Shown one piece after another: positions 42,584 to 51,124 of a DNA stretch of 64,000 bases. The stretch's first letter is position 1, and each line of letters begins with the position of its first letter. The position numbers and the translations under genes were made by a program. This stretch comes from a virus. The stretch lies in IMG/VR virus record IMGVR_UViG_3300045592_000030. One strand, given 5' to 3'. Below the pieces are notes generated by a model that saw only the letters and a list, made by a program, of their open reading frames with translations, did not search any database and was not told where the DNA came from.

Positions 42584-42935
42584 AATTAATATTTTTTAAA
42601 ATAAGCCTTCCTAAGAAAGAACTTATATCTTTAATCCGTAGGCAATCATATCTTTCCATAATTGGCTCTACTACATTATCTTTTTTAACTAAAATACATT
42701 TATCTGTTACTACTATGTTAGCTTCATCATCATCATCACGAAATAATTTAGCATCTAATCTACCCCACGGGCGTATATTGATATGGCCCATTCTGATATA
42801 TTCTAAACCCGCACTATTTAGATTTTCAACTATAAGATCAGCGGGAGAATACCATTCTCCGAATATATCCCTAAAACCCATATCAACACGTACATCGCTC
42901 GGTATAGGTATCATTATTCTATTTTCTTGTCTCAT
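42552..42935 (-). CDS. Hypothetical protein
   Basis: 127-aa ORF that overlaps the next gene by 32 nt. Confidence 0.45.
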   Translation of the reverse strand: MRQENRIMIPIPSDVRVDMGFRDIFGEWYSPADLIVENLNSAGLEYIRMGHINIRPWGRLDAKLFRDDDDEANIVVTDKCILVKKDNVVEPIMERYDCLRIKDISSFLGRLILKNINYDRTRNMDRC

Positions 42936-42942
42936 AATCTAC

Positions 42943-43284
42943 TTATATTAATATTTTAAACATTTCACATGATTTATCATCATTTGATTTGTATGTTATA
43001 AATCCTATCCTTTTATACCAGTCTGCTATCCAACTGGTACTATCATTTACATGTAAGTACAGATATTTGCACCCTTTTTGTTTTGCAATATCCTCAACTA
43101 TGGATATAAGTTCTGTGGCCATTCCTTTTCTCCTCTCATGCTCTGAAACATTAAGATTTGACAGGAACATGTTATGGCGTTCATTCTCATAATAGGTTAA
43201 CTCACAGAAAGCATTTCCGTGTTCCTCCATAATGTATATTGATACATCATCATTATCTGAATTTATGTTAGTAATTGTTTTCAT
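42943..43284 (-). CDS. GNAT-family acetyltransferase-like protein
   Basis: RRKGMATELI (R-x-x-G-x-A motif A). 113 aa. Confidence 0.55.
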   Translation of the reverse strand: MKTITNINSDNDDVSIYIMEEHGNAFCELTYYENERHNMFLSNLNVSEHERRKGMATELISIVEDIAKQKGCKYLYLHVNDSTSWIADWYKRIGFITYKSNDDKSCEMFKILI

Positions 43285-43286
43285 AA

Positions 43287-43467
43287 TTAATATTTTTTAC
43301 CGTTCTTATAGGGGCGCAGTTCATTGTACTTCATCTTTAGGTCAATGAATTTGAACAAGTCAATATTGCATCTTTTAGCAAGTGGGAACACATTCCTTTT
43401 CATGAAATCCGTGCGCCTTTGCGATTGAATAAGCACGGTCACGAAGTGCATTTAAATCTTGTTCCAT
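43287..43467 (-). pseudogene. Frame-broken remnant with a MazG-like N-terminus
   Basis: ATG 43467 gives MEQDLNALRDRAYSIAKAHGFHEKECVPTC, ending at the stop at 43375. A second frame stays open to 43287. Confidence 0.3.
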
Positions 43468-43482
43468 AACTACTTTTATTAA

Positions 43483-43650
43483 TTATATATTGTTATCTTT
43501 TTTTAATAGTTCATTTATTAAAACATCTGTATCTGAAATAGCTGTTCTTGCAATAATCTTTTTATCTGCATTAGCATTACTTGCCATTAAATATTTAGCA
43601 TATAGTTCCGTGGAAATGTACACTCTTACCAAATTAAAATTTTGTCCCAT
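43483..43650 (-). CDS. Unlisted 55-aa ORF, paralogue A
   Basis: MGQNFNLVRVYISTELYAKYLMASNANADKKIIARTAISDTDVLINELLKKDNNI. Starts 2 nt after the upstream stop. Confidence 0.5.
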   Translation of the reverse strand: MGQNFNLVRVYISTELYAKYLMASNANADKKIIARTAISDTDVLINELLKKDNNI

Positions 43651-43652
43651 AA

Positions 43653-44387
43653 TCATTCAATCATTAAATAGTCTTTTACCAGTTGCTCGTTGTACTTCAA
43701 AAATGAATCTCGTTGCTCTGCTGTATGGAAAGCAAGAAAATAATATCTATTTAGGCAATTGATTTCCATTATGATATTGTTAATCCTACTTATTACATAT
43801 TTAGTAAGGTGTATATCATCCCATTCTTCATCAGTGATAGCACCCCCGTAATAGGGCATGAGCTGGCTAATCATTGCCATTGCAAGTGCTGACTTGGCAT
43901 GCTTTTCATCATAGAAAACATTGCGATAATTATCACAAAAAACTTCGTATTCACTTATATCTTTTATTTCTGAATGTGTATCTATTTGAACACAATCCCA
44001 AGGAATATCTTTTCCATGTAAATCATCCCAAGTTTTTATAGTTTGTTCATTGTCTTTTATTAACTCAAAAATTACATCATTATGATCTTTTCTGAAAATG
44101 CCATTACATTGATAAGGACCGCAACCTTTTATTTTTTCATAATAACATCCTGCACACCTACAATCAGAAGAGCGACATACCGATGACACAACTCTTAATT
44201 TAGGGCCATTATATCCTAAAGGCCTAAGAATAGAATCTTCTTTTGGGTCTATTTCTTTTTTATGTCTGTTTTTAAATTCCTCATAACTGTCATTTTCGGC
44301 TTGTATTCTCTTATCTCTTTCTTCTTCTTCATGAAACTCTCCGTATTCATCATAATATCCTTGATTAGTCTGATATTTTACTGCCAT
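43653..44387 (-). CDS. Hypothetical Cys-rich protein
   Basis: 244-aa ORF flanked by the two paralogous micro-genes. Confidence 0.55.
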   Translation of the reverse strand: MAVKYQTNQGYYDEYGEFHEEEERDKRIQAENDSYEEFKNRHKKEIDPKEDSILRPLGYNGPKLRVVSSVCRSSDCRCAGCYYEKIKGCGPYQCNGIFRKDHNDVIFELIKDNEQTIKTWDDLHGKDIPWDCVQIDTHSEIKDISEYEVFCDNYRNVFYDEKHAKSALAMAMISQLMPYYGGAITDEEWDDIHLTKYVISRINNIIMEINCLNRYYFLAFHTAEQRDSFLKYNEQLVKDYLMIE

Positions 44388-44393
44388 AATTTT

Positions 44394-44546
44394 TTATTTT
44401 AAAAGTTCATTAATTAAACAGTCTGTATCTTTTACAGCCGTTTTAGCGATTATAATCCTATCAGAATCCGGACAGCTTGCCATTAAATATTTAGCATATA
44501 GTTCAGTGGCTATATATACTCTTACCATGTTTAAATCTTGTTCCAT
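44394..44546 (-). CDS. Unlisted 50-aa ORF, paralogue B
   Basis: MEQDLNMVRVYIATELYAKYLMASCPDSDRIIIAKTAVKDTDCLINELLK. Starts 2 nt after the upstream stop. Confidence 0.5.
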   Translation of the reverse strand: MEQDLNMVRVYIATELYAKYLMASCPDSDRIIIAKTAVKDTDCLINELLK

Positions 44547-44548
44547 AA

Positions 44549-45022
44549 CTATCTGTAATTATAAATTTTATTTTTAACTCCTTCACGTCTTGCAATAGAT
44601 GCAAGCATACATAGATCGCCTGAGTTATTGCATTCAACAAACCTCGGTCTCTTTGTGACATCTATATTCTTTCCGTCATATTCGAGTAGTCCCCAATTTT
44701 CTGGTATTTCTTCTGGAGATAATAGACCTTTCGGAATAAGATAGTATCTAAAATTACCACAGGCATTTTCTTTTTTACGACATTTCTTTTTGCTATCTCT
44801 CAAAAAATCACTCCTACTTGTTTTAATTTCTATCACATAAGATAGAAATCCATTCGTCCCCCATACATCAGGATTCTCAATCCCAATCGTAATGAGCTCT
44901 ATGGCTACGATTTTACAAGAGTCTATCATGGTTCCGTCGGAAGTGTATTTTATTCTTCCATTATGTAACCATCTTGCTCCTTCCTGGCATAATCTATAAT
45001 GTAATGAATCGGTAGCACTCAT
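44549..45022 (-). CDS. PD-(D/E)XK nuclease-like (MmcB-like) protein
   Basis: ENPD...VIEIKTSRSDF pattern. The call is by eye. Confidence 0.45.
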   Translation of the reverse strand: MSATDSLHYRLCQEGARWLHNGRIKYTSDGTMIDSCKIVAIELITIGIENPDVWGTNGFLSYVIEIKTSRSDFLRDSKKKCRKKENACGNFRYYLIPKGLLSPEEIPENWGLLEYDGKNIDVTKRPRFVECNNSGDLCMLASIARREGVKNKIYNYR

Positions 45023-45024
45023 AA

Positions 45025-45216
45025 TTATTTCTTTAAAAAGTCCTTACACTTTAAATTCTCTCCCCTGTGGTCTATCATATAGTACAGTCCTACCGTACCT
45101 TCTTTCAAATACCTTTTGCAGTTTTCTTTCCTCACGCATTTTCCATTCGTGCACATTGCTATGTCAGAATTTGGTGAGATAAATTGTACAGGATTTTTCT
45201 TTAAATCTGTTTCCAT
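45025..45216 (-). CDS. Hypothetical small Cys-containing protein
   Basis: 63-aa ORF. Confidence 0.45.
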   Translation of the reverse strand: METDLKKNPVQFISPNSDIAMCTNGKCVRKENCKRYLKEGTVGLYYMIDHRGENLKCKDFLKK

Positions 45217-45218
45217 AA

Positions 45219-45404
45219 TCAGTTATTTTTATTTACCTTAAACTTATCACAAAACTCAAGAATCCGTAGAATATCTTCTGCAAGGTCAATAACCTGCTTA
45301 TCCAGCGTATTCTTCTTCATTTCTGAAACTACAAACTTTTGATACATAATGATATTATCAAGAGTATTTATCGTTTCCAATTTTAACTGCTTCATAACTT
45401 TCAT
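45219..45404 (-). CDS. Hypothetical small protein
   Basis: Track ORF starts at TTG 45461. The first ATG is at 45404 (MKVMKQL). Confidence 0.4.
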   Translation of the reverse strand: MKVMKQLKLETINTLDNIIMYQKFVVSEMKKNTLDKQVIDLAEDILRILEFCDKFKVNKNN

Positions 45405-45483
45405 AGTTAGTCCTTTCCATTTCCGAATATCGCACAGAAAAAGAACAGCGCTACGATCCAAATTACTATAATCAATATTGCTT

Positions 45484-46017
45484 TCATTTGTCGGTGAATA
45501 TTTGTTTCAAGTAATCCTCGAGATTGATAATACGATAGGGTAGGGCATTCTTCTTACAGTCGTTGACAAAGGTAACATCCACATCATCCAGTGTCAACGG
45601 TGTGCGTTCCTTGTCTCTGTCTTTGCGTGCGGCATCTATCTTCGTGCGGTCGGGTCGGCGGATATATATCACTCGGATGTTGCACTCGTGCGAGAAATGC
45701 TCACGAAGATAGGACAAACCTTTTTCGTCGATGACATACACGTTGATGCGTGTTGTGGAAAGGTCTTTGAAGTTGGCCCAATATTCATATCCGCCATACT
45801 GCGTATAGGCGAACATATCCATCTTGTCATAGCCGATGTTCTTTGTCGGGTCGTGGAAGATATGCTCGCGGCGATTTTGCTCTCCCGGTCGCATCGGGCG
45901 TGTGGTGTGGCTGACCAGCACCTTGAAGCCTACGTCGGTCTTTTCCAACAACCGTGCGATGGTGTCCTTGCCGCTACCACTGGCACCAACGATACATAAT
46001 ACTTTTCTGCGTGCCAT
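45484..46017 (-). CDS. Guanylate-kinase-like (d)NMP kinase
   Basis: P-loop GASGSGKDT and SHTTRPMRPGE motif. Confidence 0.7.
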   Translation of the reverse strand: MARRKVLCIVGASGSGKDTIARLLEKTDVGFKVLVSHTTRPMRPGEQNRREHIFHDPTKNIGYDKMDMFAYTQYGGYEYWANFKDLSTTRINVYVIDEKGLSYLREHFSHECNIRVIYIRRPDRTKIDAARKDRDKERTPLTLDDVDVTFVNDCKKNALPYRIINLEDYLKQIFTDK

Positions 46018-46232
46018 CAGCCTTCTATCTCCTTTAGGTTTTCCTCGACGAACCGATATTCCTCTGTTGTTTCGTCGAAATTGTACAAAGTCAGTTCCCG
46101 AAGCAATCCACGTATAGCCTCCGTTGTGGAATGCGCCTGCTCAACACTGCTCACACTGCCTTTCGGCAATGTAGCCGATACAAGCTCTGCGGACTTAAAA
46201 CCGTCCTCGTCTGAATGAATTTTCAGTTCCAT
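46017..46232 (-). CDS. Hypothetical small protein
   Basis: ATG at 46232. The track ORF starts at TTG 46238. Confidence 0.45.
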   Translation of the reverse strand: MELKIHSDEDGFKSAELVSATLPKGSVSSVEQAHSTTEAIRGLLRELTLYNFDETTEEYRFVEENLKEIEG

Positions 46233-46240
46233 AATCAATC

Positions 46241-46705
46241 TTATTTTATTTCAACTACAATTGCATCCGATGTAAGCGGGTACACCCACATACGACGAAA
46301 CATTTTAGATTTATTCGATGTAATCATCAGTTGCTCATTTTCCAAGCCCTCCACGCGATCAATACAGACAATCCCATTTTTCATAGGTATTTCAATCTTG
46401 GTATCGCTATTTACCGTCAGGCGGTCAGCCGCAAGCGACACACCATCCAACACCTGAACGGCCTGCTGCTGCGCATTGTCAACTGTCGCACTCTGCTGCG
46501 ATTGATACTTATACTGTCGCTTAATCGACTCGAAAAAGAAGATATAAGCTCCAAGACAAAAGAAGCTTCCGGCAGCACAAGTGCACATCTGCACAAACTC
46601 CTTCCACAACCCGAAAAGACCTGCTGCGGAAAGAAACACAAATATGCAACAATATGCCAATGCACAAAGAAATGGCATCAGTTTACTTTTTACGTTTTTC
46701 TTCAT
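46241..46705 (-). CDS. Membrane protein, function unknown
   Basis: Two N-terminal hydrophobic helices and a soluble C-terminal domain. Confidence 0.5.
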   Translation of the reverse strand: MKKNVKSKLMPFLCALAYCCIFVFLSAAGLFGLWKEFVQMCTCAAGSFFCLGAYIFFFESIKRQYKYQSQQSATVDNAQQQAVQVLDGVSLAADRLTVNSDTKIEIPMKNGIVCIDRVEGLENEQLMITSNKSKMFRRMWVYPLTSDAIVVEIK

Positions 46706-47192
46706 CTTTATAATGTTTTAGTTGCCAATATAACTGTTTACGTATCGTTTCCGCCTCGCTCGGTGATAACTGAATGGGGCAATGGAGATAACTCCTTATG
46801 CAACGAGGATCAGCGAGCGAGGATAATGTTGGCGGTCCATACACGCGAACGGGGCTGCTGCTAAGACAGGAGGCATGAAGCTTGCCATCAGAAGGTAGCC
46901 AGTAGTAGCCATCACCGTTAATGATTTTGTCACGAGAAAATCTTAGCTCTGGGATGTCAAGGTGGTCTCGCACCTTTGACGATAACATATCCGATATATC
47001 GTCCTGCTTTTTTGTATGCTGTAATGGCCCTTGCCATAGAAGCAATAAATCTGCAAATTGACAAAACCATTTCTTGCTGCGTCTTACGAAACGACTGTAA
47101 TGCCTCACTTTGCTATGTGTGTGCATCTCGTACAACTGCACCAACAGTTTTACATTATTCTTCTTTGTCTTTCTTATGCTTGTCATTTGCAT
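46683..47192 (-). CDS. Hypothetical protein
   Basis: 169-aa ORF. Confidence 0.5.
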   Translation of the reverse strand: MQMTSIRKTKKNNVKLLVQLYEMHTHSKVRHYSRFVRRSKKWFCQFADLLLLWQGPLQHTKKQDDISDMLSSKVRDHLDIPELRFSRDKIINGDGYYWLPSDGKLHASCLSSSPVRVYGPPTLSSLADPRCIRSYLHCPIQLSPSEAETIRKQLYWQLKHYKDEEKRKK

Positions 47193-47269
47193 CTATTTTA
47201 TCAACCAGTCTTATAAAACTATCAAATATGCTTTCATTATCAATTATTTATTGAAATTCATCTTACTTT

Positions 47270-47914
47270 TTACTTTGTAAACGCTTCCCGTGTCTTGTCA
47301 TCCGCCTCTTTCTTCTTTGCAAGGATATATGCTATACGCTCATTCACGGATTGCAGTTCTGTAAGATCGCATTCATGAATGGGCGTATCTTTCAACCCGA
47401 CTTCATCGCCTTTATGATTCAGCTGTAAAAAGGATTTCCGCTTTTGATACTGCGCAAACATGTTGCCAGTCATCATCGACATAAACTGCGTATTCTGAAC
47501 CTGCTGCAAGGTAACAATTCCAGAATTAGGGAGAAGACCAAGACATACATAGAACGCATAAGCGCGGAAAGAATCAAGCGAATAGATTTTGGTGCATATT
47601 TCCTTTATCTCTCGCTTTTTCGTCATCGGCTCTTTAAGTCGATAGTCTGGGTAGCGACCGACACACGGCTGAAATTCAGGCGCAATCTTATTAGTCTCTG
47701 GCAGTGTGTCAGCCTCCAACAGATACTGCATATCTGCAACACCTTTCAACCACCGCGATGCTTCCACGGCATCGTGGCTTGTGCCAAGTCCGAAAGTGAA
47801 TCCCTTGCTTGTAGAGTCGTAGCCTAAGCCGTGCCAGTCATTTCCCTGTAAAAGGGTATGGTCAGTACATAGCCGCATGGCTTCGTCGGCTCCCATAAAT
47901 CGATATACTCTCAT
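47270..47914 (-). CDS. Hypothetical protein
   Basis: 214-aa ORF. Confidence 0.55.
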   Translation of the reverse strand: MRVYRFMGADEAMRLCTDHTLLQGNDWHGLGYDSTSKGFTFGLGTSHDAVEASRWLKGVADMQYLLEADTLPETNKIAPEFQPCVGRYPDYRLKEPMTKKREIKEICTKIYSLDSFRAYAFYVCLGLLPNSGIVTLQQVQNTQFMSMMTGNMFAQYQKRKSFLQLNHKGDEVGLKDTPIHECDLTELQSVNERIAYILAKKKEADDKTREAFTK

Positions 47915-47970
47915 TATCGTAAAATGTTTAAATCAGTTATTTATCATAATCAGTATTATGATTACTTTGC

Positions 47971-48351
47971 TTATCGCTCGTCGCCATTTCCGTCGATAAC
48001 TCCACGTTGCTGTCGGCTGGCGAGCTTTTCAAGGTTCTCACGTGCCACGTCATCAAGTTTCCAGCCCATAACCGAACACAAGCCTGACAACTGCCAAAGC
48101 ACATCACCGGCCTCTTTGCGGATTAAGGCGATCTGCTCGTCAGTGAGATAATACGATTGTGATAACGGATGCTGGCCCTGCTCGGTGAGCGGCTGTGTTA
48201 CCACGTGAAGATGTTCTTTGCGCACGGCTTTAGCGAACTTACCCAACAGTTCGCCACATTCAGCCGCAAGATTGAAGCCCATATAGACAATGTTGTTGCA
48301 TGTAGGCAAACAGGTCATCATGGCTTTCTTTTGATACTCGTTGATTTCCAT
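47971..48351 (-). CDS. mazG: MazG-like nucleoside triphosphate pyrophosphohydrolase
   Basis: AAECGELLGKFAK ... EAGDVLWQL pattern typical of MazG. Confidence 0.75.
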   Translation of the reverse strand: MEINEYQKKAMMTCLPTCNNIVYMGFNLAAECGELLGKFAKAVRKEHLHVVTQPLTEQGQHPLSQSYYLTDEQIALIRKEAGDVLWQLSGLCSVMGWKLDDVARENLEKLASRQQRGVIDGNGDER

Positions 48352-48370
48352 TTTGATGAATATGTTTTGA

Positions 48371-49255
48371 TTAAACGTTAATTTTCATGCCATCCAGCGT
48401 TAGCTGATACTGAATAGCATTCTGTATTTTCTGTGCGATGATCACCGCATCGGGATGTGCCGGACCCGTTACCTGCCGCAAGCGCAAGTCGAGCAATGCT
48501 TTCCACTCGAAGCCGTTGTAGGTATAGACAGCACGGCTTGCGGTCTCCAGTGGCAGACAAGAGCGTGCATCCTGCGGCTTTACACCCAACCGCAAAGCAA
48601 GACGATAAGCCCAATCGCTGACGTGCCAGGAAAGCTTTATCGGCCACGTGCGCCACCAGCGATGCCGCATCTCATCGCAATGTCCGGCCAACTGAAACCA
48701 TGATCGGCAAATGGTGATGCCACCATACTTCTTACCGAAGTTGACGTAGCGCGTGCTCTGTTCGGCAATGCTGTTAGGCGATTTGCGGTTGAGCTCACGC
48801 GTGATGGCAATGCTCGTCGTTACGCACAACGTATGGCGCACCAGCATCATCACAACTTTTACCTTCGTGGCCTTGGCCTTAGCGATAAACTCTTTTGGCG
48901 ACACCTCATTGTTGCCTAAGATTCCGTTGAAAATATCGTCATGGTCGCGGACAAACTGACCGTTGGTAGAGATGAAGGCGGTCTGCTTTTTCAGAACATA
49001 ACAGCCCACATACGGCTCATTCTGCAAGAAGTGAAGCAACCAGTTATTCTTCATCTTCTGCACGTTGTTGATAATATAATACCGGCTCTCATGGCGGAAC
49101 ATCGACGTATGGCCGTTAGCCTCCAGTCGTGCCACCATCTTTTCATTGTCGGTAGTCTTGTCAGAAGCATAGCACACACGGGCACAACGTGCCACATGCG
49201 CGGCGCGGTCGCTGCCCTGCTGCCAGTATTCTACTAAAGGATTGACGTAATTCAT
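48371..49255 (-). CDS. thyX: ThyX-like flavin-dependent thymidylate synthase homologue (divergent signature)
   Basis: GHTSMFRHE and NRKSPNSIAEQSTRY align by eye with the ThyX GH-S--EH and RHR--S----S-RY motifs. RHR is replaced by RKS. Confidence 0.55.
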   Translation of the reverse strand: MNYVNPLVEYWQQGSDRAAHVARCARVCYASDKTTDNEKMVARLEANGHTSMFRHESRYYIINNVQKMKNNWLLHFLQNEPYVGCYVLKKQTAFISTNGQFVRDHDDIFNGILGNNEVSPKEFIAKAKATKVKVVMMLVRHTLCVTTSIAITRELNRKSPNSIAEQSTRYVNFGKKYGGITICRSWFQLAGHCDEMRHRWWRTWPIKLSWHVSDWAYRLALRLGVKPQDARSCLPLETASRAVYTYNGFEWKALLDLRLRQVTGPAHPDAVIIAQKIQNAIQYQLTLDGMKINV

Positions 49256-49318
49256 TTCTCAAAATTTATGTTGTACTTAATGTTATATACATCACCGATC
49301 ATCGTGCGGACGGGGCCA

Positions 49319-49597
49319 TTATACAAAATCTATCAAACCCTCCACCTTCGAATTGTCCATCTGCTTCTCCGGCATAGGGGCATCAGTGATAGCGTCCCAC
49401 TCGTCGATAGCTTTTTGGATGAACAGCTGCTGTTTCTTCACCAGCCGGTGCAAATCCTCGCGTGCCAGGTCTGCCGTTCGGCATTGGTCGCTGATGAGCC
49501 GCAAGTCCTGATAAGTGAGGAAACTCTGAAATTTCAGCGGTTTGCCGTCGCTCCATGCCACGGGCCGCGTTTCCATCTTTGGTAATCGTTTATTCAT
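49319..49597 (-). CDS. Hypothetical protein
   Basis: 92-aa ORF. Confidence 0.5.
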   Translation of the reverse strand: MNKRLPKMETRPVAWSDGKPLKFQSFLTYQDLRLISDQCRTADLAREDLHRLVKKQQLFIQKAIDEWDAITDAPMPEKQMDNSKVEGLIDFV

Positions 49598-49699
49598 CTA
49601 CTCAAATAGTTTTGATTGTTTCACTTTCATCTTCTGCTGATACCGCACATTCGCCGGAACGTTGAACATCATCCGACGGTTCGTAAAATCATTCTCCAT
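49598..49699 (-). CDS. Possible 33-aa micro-ORF
   Basis: ATG 49699 (MENDFTNRR...). Fills the gap between the primase-like gene and the next gene. Weak support. Confidence 0.25.
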   Translation of the reverse strand: MENDFTNRRMMFNVPANVRYQQKMKVKQSKLFE

Positions 49700-50666
49700 T
49701 GATAACCCGATGCCAAAAGCATTTTCGGTCGTAGTCGGTGGGGAAGTGCAAAGCGTCCCACGATACCGTACCACTATAATAGAGATTGCCCACAAGGGCG
49801 ATGAAACCGGCGATGGTGCTTTTGCTCACCGACCGCAACAGCTCATCAAACTTCTTATCACACTCGGCGGCATTGTAATTGCCCGACAACGCCGATACGC
49901 GGTGGAAGAAACCACGGCCTACGCCCTCACCCATCGACGCGAAACAGAAACCTATCTTATACCACGTGTCGTAGTCGTCGGCGATGTTGGCATGGTCACG
50001 CTCCAGCCTCGTTACAAGCTTATCGATAAATGCCGTCTGGTCGCGCTCCTGCGGCTGCAAGTCGTAGCGCATCGGACGGATGGCCCGTTTCGGCACATAC
50101 AAGCCACGGTAGGCCACACATCGCTCGTTGATATAAGGCTGGTCATCATACGAGGCAAAGCGAATGCGAGTGATGTCGCTGCAAGCCTTGTCAAGGGTGA
50201 TGCCAAGGGCCTTGTATTCATCATAGAGAGCCTGAAACTGCTCCTTATGTTTTTCGGGATAGGCGAGACGCACGAGAGCAAACAATCCGGTGCCACTGCA
50301 ACTGTGCATGAACATCGCCACCTCCGGACGGAACCGCAACACCATCGCGATGTTGTCGGGATTGCTGATGCCCTCGTTGTCGCCTTTGTCAATGTCAAGC
50401 GCAATATATCCCGTGTGCCTGACAAGGGCATCGCCACGGCGCACACGAAACTCACCGCTCAGTGTGGCCCCTGGCAATTGCCGTTTGAGAGCCTGATACT
50501 CCGGCATGGCTTTGGCCGCTGCCGCACCATGATCGGCTATCAGTTGGCGAAGCTTACTGACCTGCGGCTTCCAACGGTCAGTGAACAGAAACTCGCGCAT
50601 CTCCACGGTCCCTATTCCCTGCCGGTCTTTGGCGTTGGCATATAAGCTGCATCTCTCGGTAAACAT
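49689..50666 (-). CDS. Primase-like replication protein (BT4734/VirE-like N-terminus plus PriCT-2-like region)
   Basis: IALDIDK, HSCSGTGLFALV and YDTWYKIGFCFASMG patterns recognised by eye. Confidence 0.5.
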   Translation of the reverse strand: MFTERCSLYANAKDRQGIGTVEMREFLFTDRWKPQVSKLRQLIADHGAAAAKAMPEYQALKRQLPGATLSGEFRVRRGDALVRHTGYIALDIDKGDNEGISNPDNIAMVLRFRPEVAMFMHSCSGTGLFALVRLAYPEKHKEQFQALYDEYKALGITLDKACSDITRIRFASYDDQPYINERCVAYRGLYVPKRAIRPMRYDLQPQERDQTAFIDKLVTRLERDHANIADDYDTWYKIGFCFASMGEGVGRGFFHRVSALSGNYNAAECDKKFDELLRSVSKSTIAGFIALVGNLYYSGTVSWDALHFPTDYDRKCFWHRVINGE

Positions 50667-50733
50667 TGTTGTTTAATATTAAAGTTTAACGTTCAAAACA
50701 ACCATCTCCAGTCATGGATAGGTCATTACATTT

Positions 50734-50764
50734 GCAAAGGTAAACATTATGTCCATATTTACAA
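50734..50764 (-). promoter_or_regulatory. Host-type promoter (TTTG-N19-TACCTTTG) for the replication operon
   Basis: Minus strand TTTG taaatatggacataatgtt TACCTTTG. The surrounding ~55 nt are homologous to 3297-3362. Confidence 0.55.
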
Positions 50765-50974
50765 AATAAATCAAGAGAAAATTTATAGAAAAAGTCGATT
50801 TTAGCCAAGATTTAACATTTCGTGGACGTTTCTACCTTCATAATAATAAATAATATATCCACATGCGCGTAAAGAAAACATTCATCAGCCAACATCGGCC
50901 GGGAAGATTGTTTCACACAGAAACTGAAAAGTAAACAACATCTCTACTGCAAGTATTGCTATGCTAAGGATGAA

Positions 50975-51010
50975 GTATTCAACTGCAATACTCAATGTTC
51001 CACAATAGGG
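50975..51010 (-). promoter_or_regulatory. Conserved upstream regulatory element, copy B
   Basis: Minus strand ccctattgtggaacattgagtattgcagttgaatac matches 3115-3151. Confidence 0.45.
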
Positions 51011-51124
51011 AGTTTCCAACTTACCACTGCTAAACTTCCAACTCACCACTGCTATAATAAGAAAAAGTATTAAAACCATGTAGAAATATTTTATTATTTG
51101 AATTATTCTTCTTATCTTTGCGAT

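Noticed and set aside
49662-50645. Long plus-strand ORFs lying antisense to large minus-strand genes. Examples: 49662..50645, 24699..25661, 28753..29586, 30095..30685, 59823..60506, 59267..59914.
   Set aside because: Each is fully contained in a longer minus-strand ORF that has recognisable motifs or operon context. Their translations are Arg/Leu/His-rich with no motifs. These are typical shadow frames.
50885-51079. ORFs inside repeat-rich intergenic DNA: 50885..51079, 52901..53248, 53011..53193, 53431..53646, 53714..54040.
   Set aside because: They lie in regions dominated by promoter-like boxes and dispersed repeats, or antisense to the lipoprotein gene. They have odd composition and no start context or packing with neighbours.
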